DNA of 64,000 bases from Marsupella aquatica. Taxonomy: Eukaryota; Plantae; Marchantiophyta. Location: contig OZ316899.1 in NCBI GenBank assembly GCA_973895155.1, positions 2,563,455-2,627,454 on the forward strand. Direction: 5' to 3'. The notes beneath the pieces are model-generated. The model was given only the letters and a program-made list of their open reading frames with translations. It ran no database searches and had not been told where the DNA came from. Of the stretch, positions 24,925 to 35,940 are shown in pieces. How positions within the stretch are numbered: position 1 is the first letter of the stretch; each line of letters begins with the position of its first letter. Position numbers and translations under genes: made by a program.

Positions 24925-27900
24925 AGCGACCTGACCCTCAGGAGGTAGGAATGGATGAGATACACATAAACAAGCCAGAGCCGAGGCCGGAAGGGAAGCC
25001 AACCACCATTTCAAAACCAAATAGTCCGGCAAGGGGACACTCTACGGATAACCAGGGAGAAACCGACTTGGCTAGTACGGCCAAGATTCCAGTTTATGGA
25101 GGTATGAGGCTGGAGAGGCTAGAGGCCAAATTGGACCCAAACTTGAAGAAGCAGATTAATATGATCCAAGCATGGCAATACCAAAAGCTCGACTTAGGAG
25201 AAGGAAGGGAACTGAACTTGGGACGGGACCTAGCACCTGAGCTTGAGAAAGAAATCAGTGAATTACTGATTGAATTTCAGGATGTCTTCGCATGGAGTCA
25301 CCAAGACCTGAAGGGAGTAGACCCAAAATTAGGAGAACATCGTATTGATCTCATGTTAGGGGCCAAATCATTTCGACAACCAATTCAAAGGATGAACCCT
25401 AAGTATTCCCTGATGGTCAAAACTGAAATCGACAAACTAGTGGAAGCCGGATTCATCACTCCAGTCCTGCATTCAGACTGGGTGTCTCCAATTGTGATAG
25501 TTCCCAAGAAAGCTGGACCCGATGGTAAACCCAAGATCTGGGTTTGTCAGGATTACAGGAAGTTAAATGAGGCTACGTTAAAGGACCATTTTCCTTTACC
25601 CTTTACTGATATGGTACTAGACATGGTAGCCAGTCATGGATGGGTACTCGGGTTATAACCAAATCAGGATTAGGCAGGAGGACCAAATCAAGACGGCCTT
25701 CATCACATAATGGGGGATCTATGTCTTCAATCGTATGCCTTTGGACTCTGTAATGCACCAGCTATGTTCCAACGATTAATGGTGAACATTTTCCATGACT
25801 ACTTGAGAAAGTTCATGGAAATCTTCATTGATGACTTTGCAGTATTTGGGAAAGCATCGAAACATGCTAAATATCTAAGGAAGACCTTCATGAGATGCAG
25901 AGAGGTAGTCTCAAGTTACACCCAGATAAATGTTTCTTTGCAGTAACCGAGGGGGTGCTACTAGGTCACAAGGTATCAAGGAAGGGCATTGAGATTGACA
26001 AAGGTAAGCTAGCAGTATGGCTAGATATCATGCAACCTAAGAACATAAAGGATGTGAGATCCTTCTTGGGGTGCATTGGGTATTACCGCCGGTTCATCAA
26101 GGATTTTGCCAAGCTAGCTTTACCATTAACCAACATGCTCAAGGCAGGCGCAGACTTTGAACCCACAGCAGAAAGAGTAATAGCTGTGGTGGAATTAAAG
26201 CAAAAGTTAGTGGAGGCCCCAGTCATGATAGCACCAGATTGGAACAAGGATTTTCATGTCTTCGTAGATGTCTCAGGCTTTTGTATCGGCTCAGTACTAA
26301 GTCAGTTAGATGAGAAAGGAAGGGACCATCCCATATACTTTGCAAGCCGCCAGCTTGCCAATGCCAAACAAAACTACTCCACCACAGAAAGAGAAGCTTT
26401 AGGAGTCATTTATTCATGTAAAAAGTTTCAGCATTATTTGCTAGGGTACAAAGTAATCTTTCATACCGATCATGAAAGTTTGAAGTACCTAGTCAACAGG
26501 CAGGGTAGCAAGATGGATTTTGTTATTACAGGAATTTGACTACGAGCTAAAAATCAAGCCGGAAAAGCTACACGCCAATGCCGACTTCTTTTCAAGGATC
26601 ACAGGTGAACCTGCCATAGATTGCATCGATGACCGATTTCCCGACGAAGAGCTATTCGTTGTGGAAATAGCTGATACATGGTACCCTAAGATTTTGCAAT
26701 TTCTCAACACGTCTAGATTACAGCCAGGGCTAACCCGAGAACAAGCCGCAGTCTTTCTGCGGAAGGTCAGACAGTATCAGTACATTAAGGGTGTGCTACA
26801 CAGGTATGGAATCAGCGGCACAATTCAAAGGTGTTTGGAGAAGGGAGAGGTAAAATGAGTCTTACGGGCTATGCATGGGGAGGAGGCCGGCGGAATTTTG
26901 CTCCAGTAACCTCGTCTAAAAATATATTAAATGCCGGTTACTGGTGGCCCACCTTGCACAAAGATGTCTATCAGTTTATCAAACAATGCAATCCTTGTCA
27001 ATGAGCGGGAGGACCAAGGGCGTCCACAAGACATCCTTTGCACCCTATTCTACCTCTGGCACCATTTGAGAAGTGGGGTATTGATTTCATGGGACCTCTG
27101 AAACCATTGACCCATCCTCGGAGAAACAAGTACATAATCCTGGCCACGGATTATGCAACTAAGTGGGTAGAGGCCAGGCCGACGACAAAGGATGATGCAA
27201 TTACTATGGCTCGATTCATGTATGAGCAGATCTTCACCAGGTATGGAGCACCCCTAGAATTAGTTAGTGATAGAGGAACTTATTTTCTGAATGATATAAT
27301 TAGTCATTTAAATGAGCAGTATTTAGTTAGACATAGACCTACTACTCCTTACCACCCAAAGGCAAATGGGTTGACAAAATGAGCCAATGGGATTATAGGA
27401 AAAATATTAAACAAGACTGTAGCTCAGAACAAACTCGATTGGGATGATAAATTGTTTGCTGTTGTTTTTGCTTACAATTTAGCCTATAAATCCACTACCG
27501 GTCATACACCCTTTTTCTTAACCTTTGGGCAGGAAGCTCTGGTACCCATGCAACTTGAGATACCTACATTTCAAATTACAATTGAGGAAAGAGTCTCTGA
27601 GGAGGAAAGCCTAAAGGAGCGAGAATATAGATTAGAAGCTTTAGAAGAAGCAAGAATGATTTTAGCCGAGAGAGTAGAATATAGACAGAATACCATGAAG
27701 CAGCAGTATGATAAAAGATTGAAACCAGTTAGTATCCACACAGGAGATCTTGTATTACTTTATGATAGTAGGTATAGTAGGTTCCCAGGTAAACTTTACA
27801 CTTGCTGGTTAGGACCCTTCAGGGTAAACATGAAGTTCTCCAATGGCTCCGTGCAATTGGCCAACATTACTGGAGAAATATACCCAATTTGCATTCATTA

Positions 27901-27988
27901 CGACCGCCTCAAGAAATACTATATGGACAAAGATGAAGTTGTTCGCGAGGACGCTTCACAATTAAGTGGGGAGCTATGTGATGCCTAG
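24925..27988 (+). pseudogene. pol: pol (RT-RNase H-integrase), degenerate
   Basis: Near-identical to 5763-8690 in reverse; complete integrase C-terminus ...GELCDA*. Confidence 0.93.
27964..27976 (+). promoter_or_regulatory. Polypurine tract of family A
   Basis: AAGTGGGGAGCTA immediately before the LTR start TGTGATGCC. Confidence 0.75.
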
Positions 27989-30900
27989 CCAGGAATCATT
28001 AGGCCAGTTTAAATAGTAAAATCCGGAGTGTACCCTAGGAAACACCTTAGTATAGTAACAAAAACAGGGAAAATATAAACAATTAAGGGTGACTATGGAA
28101 CCCGAGCCGAGGCCAAAAGTAAGGACGCCGGGGGAGGGAACACGATTAGGGTTACGGTGCGCTAAGTACCGGCGGCTATGGGTAACCAACGGGAAGGAAG
28201 ACTAGCCAGGGGGGGTAAGGACCGATCACAAGGAATGGCGGCTCATTTGCAAGCACGAGCCAAGCGAACGACTACGGGAGGCCAACTACTGTCCGCTGCT
28301 CAGGCAAGCACTCGGGGTGGAAGTAGATACCGACAATCAACTCAAGAAGGGTATGAGCAACGTCAATCAAGCTGCTCATTTTTGGGGATGCCTGTTAGAA
28401 CGGGCAACTGAGTACATTGGGACCTACAAAGACGAAGAATCGGAGAGAGCGGCTTGAGAACGGCAGGAGCTTGCTCGGCTGTGGGAGTTGCAGAAGTCTG
28501 CCTTCTTAGGAGGAGAACTCATTACGGCTGAATTCTTGTGGACGCCTACTGCCGGCAAACTTGACGATCTTCTATTTTGTGAGAACAGAATAGTCGGCAT
28601 CCGGGAGGCCATCAACCGCTGCAACGACATACACTGGGAGTTGAAGGGTAGCACGGAGGGGTGGACGAAGGTAACCGTGCTAGGAGAAACATCCACGGCA
28701 GCCGCTATGAAGAGGAAAGGGAACAACAATGAAGAAGCCACCCCTGCAAAAAGAACGAGGTCGGCAGCACCCAGGATACCAGCAGAGCAGGGAAGCAAGA
28801 GGCAGGTGGAAGCCAAAGAGGAGGAGGTCAATGTCGTTCCAACAAGAGATGACACCTGGAAAGGCTGGGCGGCGACCCTCCCCGAGGAGGTGCAATTACA
28901 CTTTGCACAAGAAGAGGATGCATGCTTTACGGCTATGCAGACTCGGAAATACCAGGGCTTCATGGCCAGATCCGGCTTGGAAGCCTTTGTAAAGTTACCA
29001 TGGCTGAAGCCGGAGGTGCCGGATTCAGACTTACTAGAATTTGTGGGATCATGGGAGCCCGAGACCAATTCCACAAGGGTGTATGGGAAGGATTTCTATC
29101 TCACTCCCCGGGTGATTGCCAAAGTGTTTGGCTTGCCGATGGGCAATAAGACCAAAGTAGATACCAGGAAGACCTTGCCAGACAAGGAGTTCCGGTCCTT
29201 TCCACGGCCATCAACAAAGAATGGCTTCTTCCGAAACACCTGCACAAACCCGCACATAGGAGAAATGATTGATTTCTTGCGGGTGACCATGCATTGCAAC
29301 TTGCCAAGGGCAGAGATCGGCAAGGCACAGGTCTATCTGGCGAAGAGGCCAGACCCAAGCTAGGACTACAACGGGTACCTCCTCACCCAACTAAAGAAGA
29401 TCTTGAAGGAGGAATAGCTGGTGATCAGCATGGGAAGCGTGTCCCGGCTTGGCTATCATATGCCGCTGTTGTGCCGGTATGCCCGAAGTCAAATATTCGC
29501 CCCGGTACTTCCCCTGCAGGCAAGAGCACCAGAGGAGGTTCCGGAACCGAGGCCGGCAACAGAGAAACTGACCCAGCCCAACAATCCTACAATCGAGCAG
29601 GTGTTTAGGCCGAGGAAGGAGGACTTGCCGATGCAGCAACCAGGCATGCAGAATCTGCTGAAATTGCTGGAGAAGGAAAGGAGAACGACAACGGCAACGG
29701 GACCGGTTCAGAATACTGCTCCCGAAGTCGGCCTTAGCCAACTTACCAGGGAAAACCCCTTTACCGGGGTCAAGGAGAGAAGGAGGCCGGAACACGAGCC
29801 GGGAGTCTGAATGTATGTAGGAGCTTCAAGTCCCAAAGTCGAGGAAAAGCAGGCCGAAGCTCCTGGTCGCGACAGGGAGAAGAAGAGATCAACGTGGAAG
29901 CCGGAGGAACCAGGACCCGTGATCTGTGAGGCCGTGTTCACGGCAAGACTAGGACAGCAGCGGGGGGAGCCGGTAGTCCAAGCCGAGGAGGAGGCGGTAG
30001 AAGGTTACGACAATGATGACTCCGGCTACGGGTCGGACCATCATGTTCCAGGAATAAGGACCTGTGGCAGGTTCATCCCCACGCTTCCAAGAGTAGTTCA
30101 AGGGGACCCGACCCAGCAGAGCAGCCCCGAGTCTCCCCCACCAGATGTCGCTCCCCCGAGCTTTGACGGCATAAAACAGACGGCACAGGAATTTCAGGAA
30201 CGACTCAGGGAGGAAGAAGAGGCAGCCCTAGCTAGGGAGAAAGATTTACCAGGAGGAGAATGGCCAGAGGACATCAGGCGGCTTGCAGAAAAATGAAGCA
30301 GCCCTCCAGCCACGATAGAAGAAATTCGCAAGGCGGCTTGGGAACAAAGGCCACAGTGGATGATGCCGATGACTTCTACTCACTCCGCCTATGCTAAAGA
30401 ACGAGCCATGGAGTATGGGGAGATGTGTGGGGAACTTGCGCTCAACATCTTTGGGGAGGAGTTGGAGCAGGGACCCTTTTTCAGAGGGAAATGTTGGAGA
30501 AGCGTCGATTAGAAGAAGCGGTGGCTTTGGAGAGAAGCAAGAAGGACGAGGTCATCCGTCGGCTTAGGGCAAGGGAAGCTGAGGCTCAGGGGTTTCACTT
30601 CCACAAAAATGGCATATCACGTGCGACGAAGGATAGGGTCATTTTATTGGTTCTAAGGGAAGACTTAAGAATTTTTGTAGAAGAACAATAGGATCTTTTA
30701 ATTCAATTTTGAGACTTATAAGAACATTATGGTCTTTTTAATCCAATTTTTAGAATATTCCAAGAATATTCCAACTTTATAGGGGTTTAAAAATTAAAAA
30801 AAATCTTACATTTTAGGGGGTCCGAGGCCTAAAAACGTTGCAGGCGATGGGGAGGTCCCCATATAGTGAGACCCCCGAGAGCTGAGGTAGAAGACCTGAA

Positions 30901-31662
30901 GGTAGCCAAGAAAGCCCAAGATGAGCTGCGAATTAAGCGGCATGAACTCAACATCATGCAGGGGCAATTGGATACCGCGCAGTCTGATAATCAGATTATC
31001 AAGGATAAACTGACTCGGACCCAAGGAGAGTTGGCCAATGCGATCAAGGAGAGGGAGAAGTGGAAGCGAGAGCTGAGGGACGCAGAGGAGGCCCACATAG
31101 CAGCCAACAACCGGGCCATGGCGGAAACCCAGAGAAGGGAGAGGGCGTTGAAGGGGGAGCTTGAGGATATCCGCGGAGCCCTTGAGCAGAAGGAAACCGA
31201 GTTAGGAAAATCCTATCAGGCGATCATTGTGCTACGACAAGAGCTCGCATCCATGACGGCCAGCTTCAAGGCCGACCTCCGTGAGAAAGACAACCAGCTC
31301 GACCAGACTTATGCCAAGATGAATAAAATGGAGTTTGAGGTCGTAACGGAGCTCGACAAGGAGCTACGAGCAACCCTGGAAGAGAGGGCTACCTTAAAAA
31401 AGAAGCTTGAGGAAGCCCAGAGAGAGTTGGAGGAAGCCCAAAAGGAGCGAGAGGAGGCGCGCAAGGACCTGGATGAATTGCAGGAGGAGTTGGAGGAAAG
31501 CACGCGGAAGATGGAGAACTTACAACGGCGAGCCAACAACCAAATGGAGCGGCTGAAGAAATAGGCCGCAGTATTTAAGTGCTTAGCTTCCTCAAGTCCA
31601 ACTCCAATAGGGGCAACCAAGTTGCCAGGAGTAGTACTGGCCGAAGGACAAGCCGAGACACT
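27977..31662 (+). repeat. 3' LTR (truncated) with degenerate LTR-ORF starting at ATG 28095
   Basis: Same terminus and ORF content as 13337-18009 in reverse (28488..29363, 29421..30296, 30866..31564). Confidence 0.88.
30585..30879. mobile_element. 295-bp MITE with 8-bp TSD (hAT- or P-type)
   Basis: TSD AGCTGAGG (30577-30584, 30880-30887); TIRs CTCAGGGGTTTCAC / CTCGGGGGTCTCAC (12/14). Removal restores RLRAREAEVEDL of the LTR-ORF. Confidence 0.88.
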
Positions 31663-32289
31663 TACGTCCAAGCGTGATTTTCCATAATGGATTTTGACTC
31701 TATTGTCGTCAAGATACAATGAGATCAACATACTGTCTAGTGCGCATGCTTCTCAATGCTCATAATAGCTACTATCCTATACCTAGTCTAATCATGGGGT
31801 ACATAACATCATCGGTTATTAGTGGTTGATAACTAATATCAATTATCTCAAAAAATTTAGAATCTCAGCTGAGGAGTTGAGATGGGGTCTTTGGACCTCC
31901 GTGCATCTTAGCTGAGTAGCTGAGGTTGACTCAATCTCGACTGACCTCGCCGAGATGGGCGTACGGACCAAACAAAATTGGGGGGTAAAAAAAATTCCAA
32001 AAAAGAAAATTGAAAAAACAAATCAATTTTTTTTCTCGCATCGTAACTTGGCGGCCTCTTTGAGATGAGGTGGCAGCTAATATTAGGTAGACTAAAGAAA
32101 ATGACTGATAACTCATGAGATTACCTATCTTTGTAATTATAATTGCTCAACTCATAGTTAATTGACGTGGAAAAACCCAATTCCTATTGAAAGAGGTCTA
32201 TTCATAGTGTTTTCCTTGGGCTTAGCGTCAGAGGGAATTGCACCAAGGCAGAAAAAATCAGTTCATTTCCTCTCATATGACTTCACTCG

Positions 32290-33106
32290 GCCAACATTCA
32301 AGTATCAAGGATTTAGGCACTGCCAAGAAAATTCTTGGGATCGAATTTGATTATTCCGGTTTGGTATTACAATGGAGCTACACACTTAAAATCCTCAACA
32401 AATTCAACATGTCTAACTGCATTCCAACATTGACTCCTATCCCAACTGGCATACTCTCCATTGGTTCTAACACACCACCAACTGACCCTCATCTACACTG
32501 TCGGCAAACTCATCTACCTCAGTGATACCCGGTTTGATCTTTCCAAAAGACAAGACCAAGTGAAAACTCAACACTCAACACATTTTTTGCTACCTCAAAC
32601 ATACCCTTCACTACAGCCTGTTCTACCAACGCCGTGCACCTCTGCAGCTTCAAACTTTCACACTCAGTTCTCACCTATCTTATCACCCTCGGTGGTTGCC
32701 TCATCTCCCTCCCACAGTAAATGCCAAGCTACCACCTCCATATCCTCCACTGGATCTGAGTATCTTGCCCTCGCTTGCGGGGCCCAGGAAACCGTGTACC
32801 TTTGATGTCTCCTTTTAGAACTCCACCTTATCAATGATCCTGTCACTCCTATCCACTATACAAACTCCCAGTCACCTTCTGTACGTACTTCCCGTCTGTC
32901 AACCTACCCTTCATTGTGACAACAAGAGCGCCCTCAAACTTCCCAAGAAGCCTACCTTTCATGTGCACACCAAACATATCGAGGCTCATCATCACTTTGT
33001 CCGAAAACGTGTCCTTGAGGGGGAATTACGACTCCAATATATCGCCACTACTGCACAACCAGCCAATATACTCACCAAGGCCCCTTCCCGTCCTCTCTTC
33101 AAATGA
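32290..33106 (+). pseudogene. pol: Ty1/copia RT C-terminus and RNase H remnant
   Basis: DLGTAKKILGIEF; VGKLIYLSDTRFD; SSTGSEYLALACGAQE; CDNKSA...HTKHIEAHHHFVR; QPANILTKA. Confidence 0.9.
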
Positions 33107-33349
33107 CAACAGGTCTCTATTGGAGTAAGTTCCGGATTTAACTTCACCTGGGATCTATGCTTCTCCCGCACCATCTCCCAAATCTCTCCCAAGGTACTCC
33201 CCAAACTCCCCAAACTCTTTGATATTTTGTTTCCCTCACGACAACATCAACTGTAAAACCATCTGCAACACCCTGCTCCATATTATGTTCTTCACCATTA
33301 TGCTTTATCGTGTTTTAATTACTTGACACTTGGTGCGAAGGAGGGTGTT

Positions 33350-34830
33350 AGTCGCGGAACTCGACTACCTTAACACTTAGCTCCGGCGTCGCTGACTCCG
33401 ACGCCGAGCTCCCTTATGGTCCAGGCCCGGATAGGCCACCTGGGGAGGACTTAGCATGGGGAGACTCGTGGGCAATGAGACGTGGCACTGGTGAGGCAAG
33501 GGGCCAAGCTGGAGACACAAACTAAGGACTTGGACTAGCCTATGGCTGGTCGGGTCAAGGGAATAGGGGCCGGGCTCAAGGATGGCCGTCCGGACCGTTG
33601 GATGGGCTTTGAGTTCTGAGGGCTTGGGAGTGAGCTCCTCTTGGGCCCAAGGCCAATGGAGTTGACGCCATTGGCAACGGACGCTTGGGGAGCAAGTTGC
33701 GGCCCGATCTAGGTTGGGCCGGTTGGGGGCCCCGAGCGACAATCAGACCTGAAGGCCTAGGCATGAGCACCGGGTCGGCCCAGTCACAACAGGCTAAGGC
33801 ACTTTGCTTGCGGATGCCTATCAAGAAAGTTATGGGCGTTGCCAGTTGGTGGCGCGCCCATTATGCGCGATGGGATTCGGGTTGGGGGCCAAATGTTTAG
33901 GGACCAAAGCTGGTCCGGGGGTGGCAGGTCTCCAGAAGCATATATGAGGGGAGTGGTGTCTCCCTGGGGGCTAAGGGCGAGCCGAAGTCGTGAGCCGCGG
34001 CGGTCGCGACACTAAGGGAAACCGCCAAACAGAAATGGCGATATCTTTCTAACAGGAAGTCCGTTGGAGGACTTCTTGGGTGCGTTGGAAAGATTTTGAA
34101 GAGGGCTACGCCCTCCTGATCTCAGATGGGTCCGGGGGTGCCATGGGTTCTCGTGGTTTTCGGGTGTTAGCTCGCCCGCTTGCCAAATCCTGCCGAACAG
34201 CAGCCAAGCTGCGTTCAGCCTCCCAAGGGAGCTTGCATTGGGGAGGCAAGGCCAAGTAGGTATGGAGGCAGAGTCCCAAGGTTGCTTGGTCCCTAGACCA
34301 TAGGTGGGGCAAACCGGGAGCGGTTGTTAGAGTCGGGGCCATTATGGTCCCGGCGTGTTGGGACAAGCTTTAGGACAAGCTATGCTATTTGGGCCATGAG
34401 CATGTCCTGAGGTCAGGGCGGTCAGTTGGTGATGGATAGGTACGAGGGGGAACCCGAGCCGCGCCCAAGGAAGGAGCTGTCCTGGACGGATAGTGGGTGT
34501 GGGTTCTGGTTCCGGCTTATGGCATCGAGAGGACCTATCGCTGACCTATTTACCAACGTCTGTTGAGCTTGAGTTAGGATGCTAGACTGGGCGAGTTCTA
34601 GATCCGGAGGGGTTACTTACCGAGATGCTTGGTTGTTTGTGCAGACAGTGAGGACCGTTGAGTAGCGATCGTGTAGGGAGCACGTGCGGCTTTGTATGGG
34701 AGTGGCCGCAGGGGGTGCTAGAGGCACTTGGATGCTTCTCGAGGTATTCCGTGGAGGCGTTCGGGCACCAGGGGCACTTAGGCGCAAGTGCTGGGATTGG
34801 TGAGGGCGCTGGGTAGCGAGGTCCACCACT
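33350..34830. mobile_element. Unclassified 1481-bp GC-rich insertion with AGT...ACT termini and 5-bp TSD
   Basis: TSD GTGTT (33345-33349, 34831-34835); imperfect TIR AGTCGCGGAACTCGACTACC vs AGTGGTGGACCTCG-CTACC. Confidence 0.75.
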
Positions 34831-35065
34831 GTGTTGGAAATCAAAATGATTCCCATATATTTTAAGCTACCAAGTGCTTACATTACTCTTGGTAATGATT
34901 AGTACAACCCCCACTCTCAAGGATCTCAGGGAGCGTTCTCTCTTTTGTGTACTGTGAGCTCCACTTCCTCTTAGTTTACCTCTCTTGTCGCTGCCGTTTG
35001 TACCTAGTTGTTTCTTTCTTGCCCTTAGTTTACCTATTTTGTGGCTGTCATTTGATTTGTACCTA

Positions 35066-35679
35066 CATTGTTCACCATAATTAGTGGGAGTAATACTAAT
35101 TCAAGAGTGCCCATTTTTGGGGTCTACTTGCAAATTAGTGTTAGTCACGCTAATTCCGAGCAAACACTAATTCCGCGCGCACCAAATAGTGTTACCAGAA
35201 TGACGGGACTTCAAGTGTTCTTGGCAACCAGGCCTATCATCACAGGCTCTTTGTTAGGGTATTCAGTTGTCACTCTCGTTCACACTAACATTGATTGATG
35301 AGCACAATGTGAGATGACAGAAAAAGATCCCTAATAGATGCTTTAGCCTCCACGACTATAGAGCTCTCCGCACCTCCAAATGCTCTACTATTGGATGGGA
35401 AATAAAACCTCCAAAAATGATTGCATGCGGGAGTAAATGTGCGGAGCCCCCAAATCCCTTATAGATACTCTAGCCCTCCATGACTATAGAGCTTTCACTT
35501 CCAGAATGCTCTACAGTATTATGTTGAACAAAACATTTAAATAGAACATCAATTTTTTTTTTTTAAACCAACACCAATTAGTGTTACTTTTGCTTCCGGA
35601 TCAAGTTTACATAAATTAATGTAACACTAATTTTAGAATAACACTAATTTTGACATAACACTAATTATGGTTAACAGTG
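35066..35679. mobile_element. Tc1/mariner(pogo)-type MITE, 614 bp
   Basis: TA on both sides; TIR CATTGTTCACCATAATTAGTG vs CACTGTTAACCATAATTAGTG; subterminal CACTAATT repeats. Confidence 0.85.
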
Positions 35680-35681
35680 TA

Positions 35682-35940
35682 GTTGTTTCTTTCTTGCCTG
35701 CATTACATTCAACTCTCCTGTATTTAGATGGGCTTGTTTCTTTCTTGCCTGCATTACATTCAACTCTCCTGTATTTAGATGGGCTCCCCTGCTCCTGTAT
35801 TTAGATCGGCTCCCCTGCTGGGTCCCTCATTCAGTGTAGTTGTTTCTTTCTTGCCTGCATTACATTCAACTCTACTGTATTTAGATGGGCTCCCCTGCTC
35901 CTGTATTTAGATCGGCTCCCCTGCTGGGTCCCTCATTCAT
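35682..35940. repeat. Irregular tandem repeat (GTTGTTTCTTTCTTGCCTGCATTACATTCAACTCT...TGTATTTAGAT units)
   Basis: Three copies of the TTCTTGCCTGCATTAC unit and five of TGTATTTAGAT are visible. Confidence 0.8.

Larger units (their letters stand above)
24150..31662 (+). mobile_element. Family A gypsy element on the + strand, internally deleted and 3'-truncated
   Basis: 24150-24921 duplicates 29757-30530 (a 5' LTR piece) and is fused to pol. The 3' LTR starts TGTGATGCC at 27977 and breaks off near 31662. Confidence 0.88.

Noticed and set aside
31782-32092. Possible TIR element bounded by TAGTCTA/TAGACTA with AGCTGAG repeats
   Set aside because: Only 7 bp of inverted match and no matching TSD.
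34356-34371. Exact 16-mer TGTTGGGACAAGCTTT shared with 59244-59259
   Set aside because: About one chance 16-mer match is expected in a 64-kb self-comparison, and no flanking homology extends it.
35682-35940. Repeat cluster as a CRISPR-like array
   Set aside because: Eukaryotic context, irregular units, no unique spacers; a tandem duplication inside a copia LTR.
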